Part shown: in pieces, positions 40,511 to 51,796 of the stretch
Layout: each line of letters starts with the position of its first letter
Numbering within the stretch: the stretch's first letter is position 1
From: Moraxellaceae bacterium
GTDB lineage: Bacteria > Pseudomonadota > Gammaproteobacteria > Pseudomonadales > Moraxellaceae
Assembly (NCBI GenBank): GCA_004173455.1
Contig: SECL01000007.1
Location: forward strand, 22,107-86,106
Direction: 5' to 3'
DNA: 64,000 nucleotides
Notes under the pieces: generated by a model
Seen by the model: only the letters and a program-made list of their open reading frames with translations
What the model was told of the DNA's origin: nothing
Databases searched by the model: none
Position numbers and translations under genes: made by a program

Positions 40511-40545
40511 TGATTTGCTCTCCTGATGGAAAGCAGAATCGAATA

Positions 40546-40621
40546 TGGCGTCCCTACGGGGATTCGAACCCCGGTTACCGCCGTGAAAGGGCGATGTCCT
40601 AGGCCTCTAGACGATAGGGAC
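40546..40621 (-). tRNA. tRNA-Glu(TTC)
   Basis: GTCCCTA/TAGGGAC stem, loop CTTTCAC, encoded CCA. Confidence 0.97.
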
Positions 40622-40641
40622 GAGGCGTTTGGCGTGCGCAC

Positions 40642-40670
40642 ATATTAGGGATTTTGCTCTGTAGTGTCAA
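40642..40670 (-). promoter_or_regulatory. Sigma70 promoter for tRNA-Glu, overlapping the rnt 3' end
   Basis: TTGACA-17 bp-TAATAT on the minus strand. Confidence 0.7.
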
Positions 40671-41298
40671 GCAGCATTTGCGGCCAACTGTTCAAAATAT
40701 GACAAAACAGTTCAGCCGTTTTTTGCGTGTCGTACAAGGCAGAATGCGCCTCTTTTCCATCAAATTCGATATTGGCAGCACGGCAGGCACGCGCCAGCAC
40801 AGTTTGTCCATACGCAATGGCGCCCAGCGTGACCGTATCCAGCACCGAAAAACTATGAAATGGCGTCTGGTTTTTGCTGCCAGTACGGGCAACAGCGGCT
40901 TGCAGAAAACCCAAATCAAAGTGCGCATTGTGACCCACCAAAATACAATGGGTGCAACCTTGTTCACGGCGGATTTCGGTCAAACGCTTAAAAATTCGCT
41001 TGAGTGCCATTTTTTCGTCTTCGGCAATGGCCATACGCATGGGGTTAAACGGGTCAATCCCGGTAAAATCCAGTGAACGGCGATCCAGTCTGGCACCTTC
41101 AAACGGATGCAAATGTGCATGTAGGGCTTCACCCGGCACAAACCGGCCTGCTTCATCATAAATAATGGGAATACAGGCAATTTCTAGCAAGGCATCGGTT
41201 TGCGCATTAAAGCCAGCCGTTTCGACATCAACCACCACCGGCAAAAAGCCCCGAAAGCGCTGGCCAATGATGGGTAGGCTATCCGGTGGCATGGTCAT
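40645..41298 (-). CDS. rnt: Ribonuclease T
   Basis: [34 protein letters not shown]; ATGA overlap with the pyrC stop. Confidence 0.96.
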   Translation of the reverse strand: MTMPPDSLPIIGQRFRGFLPVVVDVETAGFNAQTDALLEIACIPIIYDEAGRFVPGEALHAHLHPFEGARLDRRSLDFTGIDPFNPMRMAIAEDEKMALKRIFKRLTEIRREQGCTHCILVGHNAHFDLGFLQAAVARTGSKNQTPFHSFSVLDTVTLGAIAYGQTVLARACRAANIEFDGKEAHSALYDTQKTAELFCHILNSWPQMLLDTTEQNP

Positions 41299-42329
41299 TG
41301 AATACTCCACGGCAGGGTTTCACCGGCACGCAAAGGCACCAACGTCTGATCATCCAGATAAGGATAGGATGCAGGCACCGCATAGTCCTGCTTAACCAGC
41401 GTAATGGTATCGGTATTGCGCGGCAGGCCATAAAAGTCTGCGCCAAAGTGGCTGGCAAAACCTTCCAGTTTGTCCAGACGACCAGCCTGCTCAAAGGCCT
41501 CGGCATACAGTTGCATCGCAATCGGGGCGGTATAGCAGCCGGCACAGCCACAGGCATTTTCTTTTTTGTCCTGTGCATGCGGTGCGCTATCGGTTCCCAG
41601 AAAAAACTTGGGATTGCCGCTTGTGGCCACTTCCAGTAACACGGTTTGGTGTTTTTGGCGCTTTAAAATGGGCAGGCAGTAAAAATGCGGACGCATTCCA
41701 CCGACCAGCATATGATTGCGGTTAAACAGCAAGTGTTGGGGGGTAATAGTGGCTGCTACATTGCGTCCTTGTTCCAGTACAAAATGTGCGGCTTCACTGG
41801 TGGTAATATGTTCCAGTACCAGTTTGAGCTTGGGAAACTGACGTAGCAAGGGCGCCAGCACATCATCCAAAAAACGTTTTTCACGGTCAAAAATGTCGAC
41901 ATGACTCTGGGTCACTTCACCGTGCAGCAGTAATGGAAACTGGTGTTCTTCCAGTTGTTCAATCACCGAATACACCTTGCGAATATCACTAACCCCGCTT
42001 TGCGAGTTGGTGGTTGCACCCGCCGGATACAGCTTGATGGCCTGCATAAAATCAGTGGCTTTGGCCTTGGCGATCTCGGAAGCTGGCGTTTCATCGGTAA
42101 AGTACAGCACCATACGCGGGTCAAAGGGTACGCCTTGGGGTGCATGCGCTAAAATACGCTCACGATAGGCCGCAGCGTCTTCAACAGTACGCACTGGCGG
42201 CACCAGATTGGGCATGCAAATCAGTCGATTAAAATGCTGGGCAGCGGCAGGCACCGTATGCGCCAGTGCAGCACCGTCGCGCAGGTGAATATGCCAATCA
42301 TCAGGACGGGTGATGGTAAGAGTATTCAA
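41295..42329 (-). CDS. pyrC: Dihydroorotase
   Basis: [34 protein letters not shown]. Confidence 0.97.
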   Translation of the reverse strand: MNTLTITRPDDWHIHLRDGAALAHTVPAAAQHFNRLICMPNLVPPVRTVEDAAAYRERILAHAPQGVPFDPRMVLYFTDETPASEIAKAKATDFMQAIKLYPAGATTNSQSGVSDIRKVYSVIEQLEEHQFPLLLHGEVTQSHVDIFDREKRFLDDVLAPLLRQFPKLKLVLEHITTSEAAHFVLEQGRNVAATITPQHLLFNRNHMLVGGMRPHFYCLPILKRQKHQTVLLEVATSGNPKFFLGTDSAPHAQDKKENACGCAGCYTAPIAMQLYAEAFEQAGRLDKLEGFASHFGADFYGLPRNTDTITLVKQDYAVPASYPYLDDQTLVPLRAGETLPWSIQ

Positions 42330-42513
42330 AGTTCAACATCTTTGCTTAAAAACCCCATGATAATTCAATTATCGAAATGACGGAATGACTTGCAGGAAGA
42401 TATATAGTCTTGATAGTGTGAACCTATATTTGAATGCATGGCTCAAATATAAAACTCACATAGGCCAGACGTGAGCGTTGATGTACTAACATCTATTAAC
42501 AATGAGAATGTAA

Positions 42514-43776
42514 GTGATTAAAACTGCGACTGTTGCCTTACCCGAAGAAACTCTTCAAGAAGATCAGTTTATCCGTAAGTTGCTGGCCGACCGTCGGCGG
42601 ATTGGTCGTTCTTTTCCCGACAGTCTGGAAACCTTGTTCTGGCAATCATTGGCTGAACGCTCACTACACATGATCCGCAGTATTGCCACGCTGGGTGTGC
42701 TGATTTATTTTATTGTGGGTCTGATTACATTTCCCAGTATTTATCTCATTGCTGATCAATCGCATCGTCTGCATGACATTCTGATCTGGTTTTTGATGTA
42801 TCTCAACGGGGCAGTGTGTCTTGCCACTTTGCCGGTCATTGCCAACATTCCGGGGTTAATGCCGCATTTTCAGCGTTTTATTGTTGGCGTGAGTTTTGTT
42901 GGTATTTTCTTTAGCAGCTTTTTGACCATGCAGTATGAGGAGCCACGCCTAACCCAGCAGGGTGGTTATATTGTGGTGTTTGTTTATATGCTGATTTACT
43001 TCCTCACCGGCACGCGTCCTTTAATTCTGTGGATTACCTGTTTGATTGCAGGACTGTTGCCGCTGCCATTATTGTGGCTGATGGAGGTCAAGTTTGATCC
43101 CATGCTGTATTTTTATTCGGTGATCTTCAGCAATTTTGTGGGATTTTTTGTCAGTCAAAGCATTATTGGCAAGGAGCGTATTAGTTTTCTACAAGCACGC
43201 TTATTGGAGCTAGACAAACTGCATTCCAAACTGATGAGCAATGAACTCATCCGGCTGTCCAATGAAGACCCGCTCACCAGCTTATATAACCGCCGTTATT
43301 TTAATGAATCCATTCGTACTGAATGGGATCGCGCGGAGCGTTCTGGTGAACCATTGTCGCTGGTGTTTGTTGATATTGATTGTTTTAAAAACTATAACGA
43401 CACCTATGGCCATCTCAAGGGCGATGATGCCTTAATCAAAGTGGCTGTGGCAATGAAGGAACAAATGCGGCGTAGCTCGGATATGGCCGCGCGTTATGGT
43501 GGCGAGGAGTTTATTCTGCTATTGCCCAATACCCCCTCTAGTGGCGCGCAGGTGGTTGCCAATAATATTATGAAAGCAATAGATGAGCTGAAAGTTGAAC
43601 ACAAAGCTTCATTAGTCGGCCAATACCTGACCTTAAGCATTGGGGTGGCGACTTGGGCTGGCGAAACTGATATGACCGAAACCCAGTTGATTGCACAAGC
43701 TGATTTAGCGGTTTATCAGGCAAAATCAGATGGACGCCATCGGGTGCGAATATTTGGTCAAAGCGCTGAAAAATAA
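42514..43776 (+). CDS. Membrane-anchored diguanylate cyclase
   Basis: Multi-TM N-terminus; DPLT.LYNRR, DID.FK..ND.YGH, RSSD I-site and GGEEF intact. Confidence 0.9.
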   Translation: MIKTATVALPEETLQEDQFIRKLLADRRRIGRSFPDSLETLFWQSLAERSLHMIRSIATLGVLIYFIVGLITFPSIYLIADQSHRLHDILIWFLMYLNGAVCLATLPVIANIPGLMPHFQRFIVGVSFVGIFFSSFLTMQYEEPRLTQQGGYIVVFVYMLIYFLTGTRPLILWITCLIAGLLPLPLLWLMEVKFDPMLYFYSVIFSNFVGFFVSQSIIGKERISFLQARLLELDKLHSKLMSNELIRLSNEDPLTSLYNRRYFNESIRTEWDRAERSGEPLSLVFVDIDCFKNYNDTYGHLKGDDALIKVAVAMKEQMRRSSDMAARYGGEEFILLLPNTPSSGAQVVANNIMKAIDELKVEHKASLVGQYLTLSIGVATWAGETDMTETQLIAQADLAVYQAKSDGRHRVRIFGQSAEK

Positions 43777-43955
43777 AGCTTCTGAAAAATATAAACTGTG
43801 ATCAATCCATGATTGCACACAATAAGATATTCTGAAAAACCAGCAATCCTAAAAAAGCAAGAACCCTTAAAAAAATTAAACCCTCTTCATACTGATAACA
43901 AAAACCAGCATGAAGAGGGCAGGAATGCGACTCAAAAAATTTGACTAAAAAGAAT

Positions 43956-45326
<1,371 letters not shown>

Positions 45327-45599
45327 CTATTAAGGTGGTCTTGGTGAGTTTATATTAGCCATTTACCGCATTATATCACTTTTCATTCAACTGTTTTTAC
45401 GAAAAATAATAGACTTCTTTTTGGGGTACTGATTATGGTTTGCGATTGTCTGAGCCATGCAGTGATTGTATTTTGCACGCCAATTCTGGCCAATTGTGCT
45501 GACAAAAATCACTTAAGTTGAAATTAGATTATACTTGAGAGCACCTAGTCAGTGTTTTAACGTGACTTAAATACCTTTGAATCTAGATAGCAGCAAAAA

Positions 45600-45974
45600 A
45601 TGCGTACTTTGTTTTGGCATCATTTATTCTGGCGCACTTTGGTTATCATTTTTTTAATTCTGGCAGTAATTGGCGCTATATTGCCCGGTATGCCCACCAC
45701 GGTTTTTCTGATTCTGGCCGCATGGGCCGCATCCAAGGGCTGGCCAGCATTGGATCACTGGCTGACCCATCATCCCAAATATGGACACTTGATCCGCGAA
45801 TGGCGCGCGCACAAAACCATTCCGCGCAAAGCCAAGGTAATTGCTACCTTCATGATGTCGATAAGCGCCATCTTGATGCTGTTTACCAATGCGCCCGTTT
45901 TAGTCAAAATTTTTACCGATAGTGTCATGCTACTGGTCGCTTTATGGATGTGGACGCGCCCCGAGCCAAACTAG
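45600..45974 (+). CDS. ybaN: YbaN (DUF454) membrane protein
   Basis: IGAILPGMPTTVFLILAAW, HPKYG.LI..W, IPRKAK. Confidence 0.85.
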   Translation: MRTLFWHHLFWRTLVIIFLILAVIGAILPGMPTTVFLILAAWAASKGWPALDHWLTHHPKYGHLIREWRAHKTIPRKAKVIATFMMSISAILMLFTNAPVLVKIFTDSVMLLVALWMWTRPEPN

Positions 45975-46163
45975 ACTAAACAAAGCCAAGCCATAAACTA
46001 GATTATGAGCCAAATCATTTACTAAAGCATGCGTTTAGGAAATGCGTATCCGCCAAACCTTAGGGTGAAATTTCCTTTGCCCAACACTTTAAGCTCGAAA
46101 TCAGCCTAACTGCATGCTAGGCTTTAACCGCTTACTTCGTCATTGAGGTTATCGTTGAGCACC

Positions 46164-46670
46164 ATGTCCAAGCCTTATATTTTGGTGGATATTTCTACCC
46201 AGCAGTTGCATTTTATTGGTGCTGTGCAGCGCAGTTATTCCATTTCAACCGCCCTCAATGGCATGGGGGAGCAGGAAGGCAGTGGTTGTACGCCGCGTGG
46301 CCAGCATGTGATCAGCGATAAGATTGGTGCTGATCAGCCTATCAATAGTGTGTTTGTCGGGCGTGTAGCGACGGGTGAAATTTATACTGATCAGCTTGCC
46401 GCACACTATCCGCAACGCGACTGGATTTTAAGTCGCATATTATGGCTATACGGGATTGAACCGCAGTTGAATCAGGGGGTAGGTTGCGATAGCCATAGCC
46501 GCTATATTTATATTCACGGCACACCAGACACCGAACCGATGGGTGAGGCACGGTCACATGGCTGCATTCGTATGCGCAATAGCGATGTGATGGAATTATT
46601 TGATCTGGTAGAAGTCGGGACACGGGTCGATATTTTCGAACAACTAGAAAACTCAATAAATACCCAATAA
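46164..46670 (+). CDS. YkuD-fold L,D-peptidase without signal peptide (ElsL-like)
   Basis: YIYIHGTPD...SHGCIRM catalytic motif; no N-terminal export signal. Confidence 0.8.
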   Translation: MSKPYILVDISTQQLHFIGAVQRSYSISTALNGMGEQEGSGCTPRGQHVISDKIGADQPINSVFVGRVATGEIYTDQLAAHYPQRDWILSRILWLYGIEPQLNQGVGCDSHSRYIYIHGTPDTEPMGEARSHGCIRMRNSDVMELFDLVEVGTRVDIFEQLENSINTQ

Positions 46671-46823
46671 AATTTGGTTTTAAAATGAAATGCTTAAATT
46701 AAAACAAATTTGTCGCATAGAGGTTTATAGACGAATAAAAAAGTCAAAAACGCACGTATTGAAACCGAATGAGCCACTTTTTGGACAATCAGCCGCGAAA
46801 TTTCAAAAAAAGCTGAAAAGCGT

Positions 46824-46851
46824 TTGACAGCTTACTTAGATTCTCTATAAT
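46824..46851 (+). promoter_or_regulatory. Stable-RNA-type sigma70 promoter of the tRNA operon
   Basis: TTGACA-16 bp-TATAAT followed by GC-rich discriminator GCACCCC. Confidence 0.85.
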
Positions 46852-46872
46852 GCACCCCACAACGTAAGACAT

Positions 46873-46948
46873 GGGCGTTTAGCTCAGTTGGTAGAGCAGC
46901 TGCCTTACAAGCAGCGGGTCGGCGGTTCGAGCCCGTCAACGCCCACCA
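46873..46948 (+). tRNA. tRNA-Val(TAC)
   Basis: Cloverleaf, loop CTTACAA, CCA. Confidence 0.97.
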
Positions 46949-46982
46949 TGTTGAAGTTGTTGTTATGTAAAAATAACGTGAT

Positions 46983-47059
46983 GCAGCGGTAGTTCAGTTG
47001 GTTAGAATATCGGCCTGTCACGCCGAGGGTCGCGGGTTCGAGTCCCGTCCGCTGCGCCA
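46983..47059 (+). tRNA. tRNA-Asp(GTC)
   Basis: Cloverleaf, loop CTGTCAC, CCA. Confidence 0.97.
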
Positions 47060-47163
47060 TTTCCTCTGATTCAGAGGGCGTTATCCCAAAGTGACATTGC
47101 TTTAATAAGTACTTGACTGAATGCAAGCATCATTCAGACTTATCATGTGGTTGATGATAATAC

Positions 47164-47240
47164 GCAGCGGTAGTTCAGTTGGTTAGAATATCGGCCTGTC
47201 ACGCCGAGGGTCGCGGGTTCGAGTCCCGTCCGCTGCGCCA
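47164..47240 (+). tRNA. tRNA-Asp(GTC), second copy
   Basis: Identical to 46983-47059. Confidence 0.97.
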
Positions 47241-47245
47241 TTTAT

Positions 47246-47435
47246 TTTTAAACAAATCATAGATTTGTTCTTGCGCTCTGACAAAACATTATTTTGTTAA
47301 TAGTGTTTGATGTTTAGATACTCCGCGCTTCGCTTGACTTGCGCTTTTTTAAAGCAGTGCTTTAAATGTTTTAAACAAATCATGGATTTGTTCTTGCGCT
47401 CGGACAAAGCAGTGCTTTGTTTGTCCTCGCTCAGG
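47246..47435 (+). repeat. Cluster of double-hairpin repeat elements (copies D, E, F)
   Basis: 40-bp direct repeat 47246-47285 / 47369-47408 (2 mismatches); CTTGCGCT at 47270, 47338 and 47393; hairpins ACAAATC-AT(A/G)-GATTTGT and AAAGC-AGT-GCTTT; ends CCTCGCTCAGG at the tRNA-Val 5' end. Confidence 0.85.
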
Positions 47436-47509
47436 GCGTTTAGCTCAGTTGGTAGAGCAGCTGCCTTACAAGCAGCGGGTCGGCGGTTCGAGCCCGTCAA
47501 CGCCCACCA
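47434..47509 (+). tRNA. tRNA-Val(TAC), second copy
   Basis: Identical to 46873-46948. Confidence 0.97.
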
Positions 47510-47580
47510 TATTTCTAGTTAAAATATCAAAGTGTTTGCGAAAACAGTATTCACGCACGAAAAAGTTGTAATTAAAAATC

Positions 47581-47608
47581 AAAACCGCGCTCATTAGTGC
47601 GGTTTTTT
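47581..47608. terminator. Bidirectional intrinsic terminator
   Basis: AAAACCGCGC-TCATTA-GTGCGGTTTTTT. Confidence 0.8.
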
Positions 47609-47630
47609 GCTGTTTGCTGACCTTGAAAAT

Positions 47631-47948
47631 TTAATCATTGGCGGTGGTTTTTACCTCGACCAGTCCGGATTTTTGCGCCCACCAAACCAAGCCCACTAGC
47701 AGTTGGCGTTTATCATCCACAAAAGCCGGTTTTTTACCTTCAAAAATATGCCCTGCAAACTGAAAGCCCCAGCCAACGGTAAACAGGGGAATGGCTAGTG
47801 GCAAGCCAATGATGGTGGCACCTAAAGGAAGAGAGGCCGCAATCATGGGAATACCAATTTTATGACAAAACTGGTTGCGGGGATTTTGGTGGTCGGCCTT
47901 GTAGCTGTGGAGCAGGCCAGTCCATTCTTCGTTTAGCTTGATGTTCAT
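47631..47948 (-). CDS. DUF962 (Mpo1-like) membrane protein
   Basis: Y..DHQNP.N..CH.IGIP, GWGFQFAGH.FEG.KPAF. Confidence 0.85.
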   Translation of the reverse strand: MNIKLNEEWTGLLHSYKADHQNPRNQFCHKIGIPMIAASLPLGATIIGLPLAIPLFTVGWGFQFAGHIFEGKKPAFVDDKRQLLVGLVWWAQKSGLVEVKTTAND

Positions 47949-48070
47949 AATAAATGCGCTATTTAGGGTTGTTAAAAATTAGCTTACAGTTGATGGGACA
48001 GCAGACACTATCAACTAGGCGACAATCTTGCGTATGATTCAATTTCATTTTATTGCGCAAGGAACGCACC

Positions 48071-48787
48071 ATGGCAATACCTCTTTCCATTTGTCCCCAA
48101 CAGATTCAGCAGCTCCAGCAAGGACAGTGGTTTGGTTCGTTGCCCTGTGATATGCAACAGCAATTGCTCAGCCATGCCCACATTAAAAATTTGCCTGCCC
48201 GTCATTATTTGTTTTATCGCCATGATGTTTTTGATGGTTTGTATTGCGTGCTAGCGGGTGCATTGCGGATTAATAGCCATAACGTTGATGGCAAGGAAGC
48301 TTTATTGGCAGTGATTGAACCCTATAACTGGTTTGGTGAGATTGCATTAATTGATGGCCTGCCGCGTACCCACGATGCGGTGGCTGAGCAATCCAGCACT
48401 TTGCTATGGATACCACCGGCTGCACTAAAGCAGCTATTGCAGGACAATCCAGTGCGCTGGCGTTATATAGCACAGCTCAGCACGCAGAAAATTCGTTTTA
48501 CCTTTGCCAGCCTGGAAGAAAATGCACTGTTTCCCGCCTTTAAACGGGTAGTCAATCGCTTGATCCTGATTGCTGAAGGCTACGGTGAGTTTCGCCAAAG
48601 CAGCCAAAATAGTCGCCGTATACTCAATTTGCCACAGGAGCAACTTGCCAGTCTGTTGGCCATTTCACGCCAGACCACCAACCAGATTTTAAAACAATTG
48701 GAAATGCAGCAATTGATTCGGGTAGATTATCGGGAAGTGGAAATTCTGGATTTGGCGGGCTTAAAGCAGCTCAGCCAGAAAATTTAA
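48071..48787 (+). CDS. Crp/Fnr-family transcriptional regulator
   Basis: cNMP domain WFGEIALIDGLPRTHDA; HTH LPQEQLASLLAISRQTTNQIL. Confidence 0.9.
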   Translation: MAIPLSICPQQIQQLQQGQWFGSLPCDMQQQLLSHAHIKNLPARHYLFYRHDVFDGLYCVLAGALRINSHNVDGKEALLAVIEPYNWFGEIALIDGLPRTHDAVAEQSSTLLWIPPAALKQLLQDNPVRWRYIAQLSTQKIRFTFASLEENALFPAFKRVVNRLILIAEGYGEFRQSSQNSRRILNLPQEQLASLLAISRQTTNQILKQLEMQQLIRVDYREVEILDLAGLKQLSQKI

Positions 48788-48858
48788 CAGCCTGTCACGG
48801 AACAGGCTGTTAAAATAAGATGTTGTTAAACTATTGTTAATAAATAAAAATATTTATT

Positions 48859-51543
48859 TTAGTACACATCACGGCGATAACGTCCATGTTGACGAAGCTG
48901 TTCTAGGGTCACTTCACCCAGAATCTGGTTGAGTGCTTCATCAACCGCAGGCGCCATGCCTTCCATGCTGCCACACACATAAATGGACGCGCCTTGTTCG
49001 ACCCATTGCTGTACCTGTTGTTTTTGCGCCAGCAGGCAATGCTGGACATAACGGCGTTCGGGCTGGTCGCGTGAAAATACCAGATCCAGCGTTTGCAGGT
49101 GCTGATTAACATGCCACTGCTCAAGCTGCTCGGCAAAGAAGTAATCACGTTCGCGCTGGCGTTCACCAAAGATCAGCCAGTTGCGGTTAAAGCCATGCAG
49201 GGCACGGGCTTTTAACAGACTCATCAGACCCGCAATGCCAGTACCATTACCAATCAAAATAACCGGACGGTTGTCATCTGGTGCATGGAAACTTTCATTG
49301 CTACGAATACGCAGCAGAATGTTTTGACCCACTGTGGCATGTGCGGTGAGCCAACCTGAACCCAGTCCTAAATGCATACCCGAATTCAGATCAAAGTTCA
49401 AACCAGAGCCATCATTGACTGTATTCTGGCGTACCACCAGCGCTAAATAGCCATCCTGTGGAATGGAGGCAATTGAATATTCACGCCAAGGCAGCGGTTG
49501 TAGTTGTTCAATCCATTGCTGCACGTCAAAGTTTTGCACGCTGTTGCTGGCTTGCTTCGTACCGAGGTTTAAATAACGCAGGGCGCTCGCCAGTGATAAT
49601 TGCTGGCCGTGATGCTGCACCAGCATGTCCGCATTGAGTGCATGCACTCGCAAAAATTCTGCAATCAATGCATCACTGTTGCCGGGCTGGATTTCAGCAA
49701 TATCGCCGGCATGCCATGACGCATCATGCTGGGCACTCAAGCGAATCTCAAAGGCTGGCTCGCCTAAACTATCTGGATTAAGCAGTTCACGATGCTGCAA
49801 CTGCCATTCGTCAAAGACTTTGGTAATCACCATTTGATCCAGACGGGTATGGGTCACACTACTTAACGCATCATGCCAGCGATTGAGATCATTCGGATTG
49901 CCGTAATTGACGTCAATACAGTCAAACAGCCGATTGGCACTGCTATCGTCCAGCCATTGATCCAGTTGCTGGCCAAACGCGCAGTAAGTGGCCTGATATT
50001 CTTTGTCGCCTAGCGCCAATACTGCATAATTCAGTTGGCTGAGATCAAGCGGTTGCTTCAGGTGTTTTTTGGCAAAAGCCCGTACGTGATCCGGTGGTTC
50101 ACCCTGTCCATAGGTGCTGACAATAAATAGGGCATTGGTAGCAGTGTTGAGCGAGTGAATGTAGAGCTGATCCATGCTGATCACCTGAACAGGAATGCTG
50201 GCATGTTGCAGGCTTTGTGCAGTACGCCACGCCACTTGTTCGGCAAAACCGGTTTGGCTGGCATAAATCACCAGCCACGGTAATTGATCACCATGAGCCA
50301 GAGGTGCAAGCTGCTGGGCAGCAAGGGTTAGTTTCTTTTGCTTGCGGCGTTTGAGGTACAGCATCCAGCCGGTAATGAAAAACAGCGGCATGCTGAGGGC
50401 CGCCAGCATAGTTAAAAATTGCCAGATCGGGCCAAAAAAGCTACCACGATGAACCGGCAAAATACTGGCCATGATTTTTTCATTTAGGGCTTTATCTTTA
50501 TAAAAACTTAGTTCCTCAATCTTGTGTTGCACCAGATCATACTTGAGGGTATTGCGCGCACGTTCATGTTGTGGCACGGCATCTACAAAGGAAATTTCTA
50601 ATGTGCTGCCTTGTTGAGGTAGACGGAATGTAGCGCTAGAGTAGCTTTGAACCGTCTGGTTAAACACGTGCCAGCCCTGACCCAATGCCAGCTCTGGATT
50701 GATCACCAGCTTGTCGCGGCCTTTACCAGTTTGACCACCTTGCCCATCTTGACGGCTACGGTTATTGGCGGGAGCACCCTCTTGTTGCGCACGCATTGGG
50801 CGTTGGCCATTGCTTGGACTATTGGGCGCTTTAAACCCGCCCCGTTGCGATGGCGGCTCGACCTGCATCACATAATACATGGCTTTCTTATACCAGTCAT
50901 AAGACATGGTTAAACCAGTAATGGCCAACAACAGGTAAAACACTAGCACCCAAGTACCAACCACAGCATGTAAGTTCCACAAAAAACTGCGGCCTTTTAA
51001 ATTCTTCTTCACCAGCAGCCACTCACGGGCAGAGCTTTTTTTCGGCCAGCGTAAATACAGTCCACTTAAAATAAAGTAAATCAGGATAAAGGTACTAATG
51101 CCAGTGAGTTGCTTACCAAATTCGCCCATAGTCAGGCGACGGTGCAGGTCTTCTATAAAATGAAAAAAAGCTTCACTTTTGGCCTCGGGCAGGCGCTTGG
51201 CGGTATAGGGATTAACGTTATAGGTTTTACCGCGACGGCTACCGGGTGCCGCTACATTGACACTCGCTGCTTCGGTCGTTGAGTTGGCTTGCGGTTTTGA
51301 GGCTGCTACCGTCACGGCACTAATCGCCTGATCAGGATACTGCTGCTGGTAGGCCACATAAAGCTGGGTAGGCGTGAGCACCGCACCCGATTGCGCAGGG
51401 ACTGAAAAACTCTCTGGATTGAATATTTTAGTTAAAGGTTCTTCATAGGAATAAATCGCGCCTGTCACGCCCATAATGGCCAGAATAAGGCCAGCGCTAA
51501 TCCCAAAAAACCAGTGCAACTGGAACAGAATTTTTTTTAGCAT
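48859..51543 (-). CDS. PepSY-TM / flavodoxin / FAD-NAD(P)-binding fusion (CysJ-like flavoprotein)
   Basis: LFQLHW, DLHR, HAVVG PepSY-TM; YASQTGFAE, STYGQGEPP, LALGD flavodoxin; REYSIAS, GNGTGIAG, YVCGS, RYRRDVY reductase. Confidence 0.88.
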   Translation of the reverse strand: MLKKILFQLHWFFGISAGLILAIMGVTGAIYSYEEPLTKIFNPESFSVPAQSGAVLTPTQLYVAYQQQYPDQAISAVTVAASKPQANSTTEAASVNVAAPGSRRGKTYNVNPYTAKRLPEAKSEAFFHFIEDLHRRLTMGEFGKQLTGISTFILIYFILSGLYLRWPKKSSAREWLLVKKNLKGRSFLWNLHAVVGTWVLVFYLLLAITGLTMSYDWYKKAMYYVMQVEPPSQRGGFKAPNSPSNGQRPMRAQQEGAPANNRSRQDGQGGQTGKGRDKLVINPELALGQGWHVFNQTVQSYSSATFRLPQQGSTLEISFVDAVPQHERARNTLKYDLVQHKIEELSFYKDKALNEKIMASILPVHRGSFFGPIWQFLTMLAALSMPLFFITGWMLYLKRRKQKKLTLAAQQLAPLAHGDQLPWLVIYASQTGFAEQVAWRTAQSLQHASIPVQVISMDQLYIHSLNTATNALFIVSTYGQGEPPDHVRAFAKKHLKQPLDLSQLNYAVLALGDKEYQATYCAFGQQLDQWLDDSSANRLFDCIDVNYGNPNDLNRWHDALSSVTHTRLDQMVITKVFDEWQLQHRELLNPDSLGEPAFEIRLSAQHDASWHAGDIAEIQPGNSDALIAEFLRVHALNADMLVQHHGQQLSLASALRYLNLGTKQASNSVQNFDVQQWIEQLQPLPWREYSIASIPQDGYLALVVRQNTVNDGSGLNFDLNSGMHLGLGSGWLTAHATVGQNILLRIRSNESFHAPDDNRPVILIGNGTGIAGLMSLLKARALHGFNRNWLIFGERQRERDYFFAEQLEQWHVNQHLQTLDLVFSRDQPERRYVQHCLLAQKQQVQQWVEQGASIYVCGSMEGMAPAVDEALNQILGEVTLEQLRQHGRYRRDVY

Positions 51544-51707
51544 AGTTTTTTAAACCTAATCATCAGAACATCGTACAACCCACAAATTAGGCAAAGTATA
51601 GCGGAGTCCATCAAAAAGTTAACTGAGAATGATTTAATTTTTCATTTATTTTTACCAAACCATTTAAAGCAGCGGCAGGATGTAAAAAAGGTTAAAAAAA
51701 CTGTAAA

Positions 51708-51732
51708 CAAAAGCCGACAGTGAAGTCGGCTT
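51708..51732 (-). terminator. Intrinsic terminator after the YcxB-like gene
   Basis: AAGCCGAC-agtgaa-GTCGGCTT with a T-run on the minus strand. Confidence 0.7.
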
Positions 51733-51796
51733 GAGGCGGGGATCAGACCTGATATAACAGGGTAGCAATGTGATCGCTAGTGACAGCTCTAGCTGC

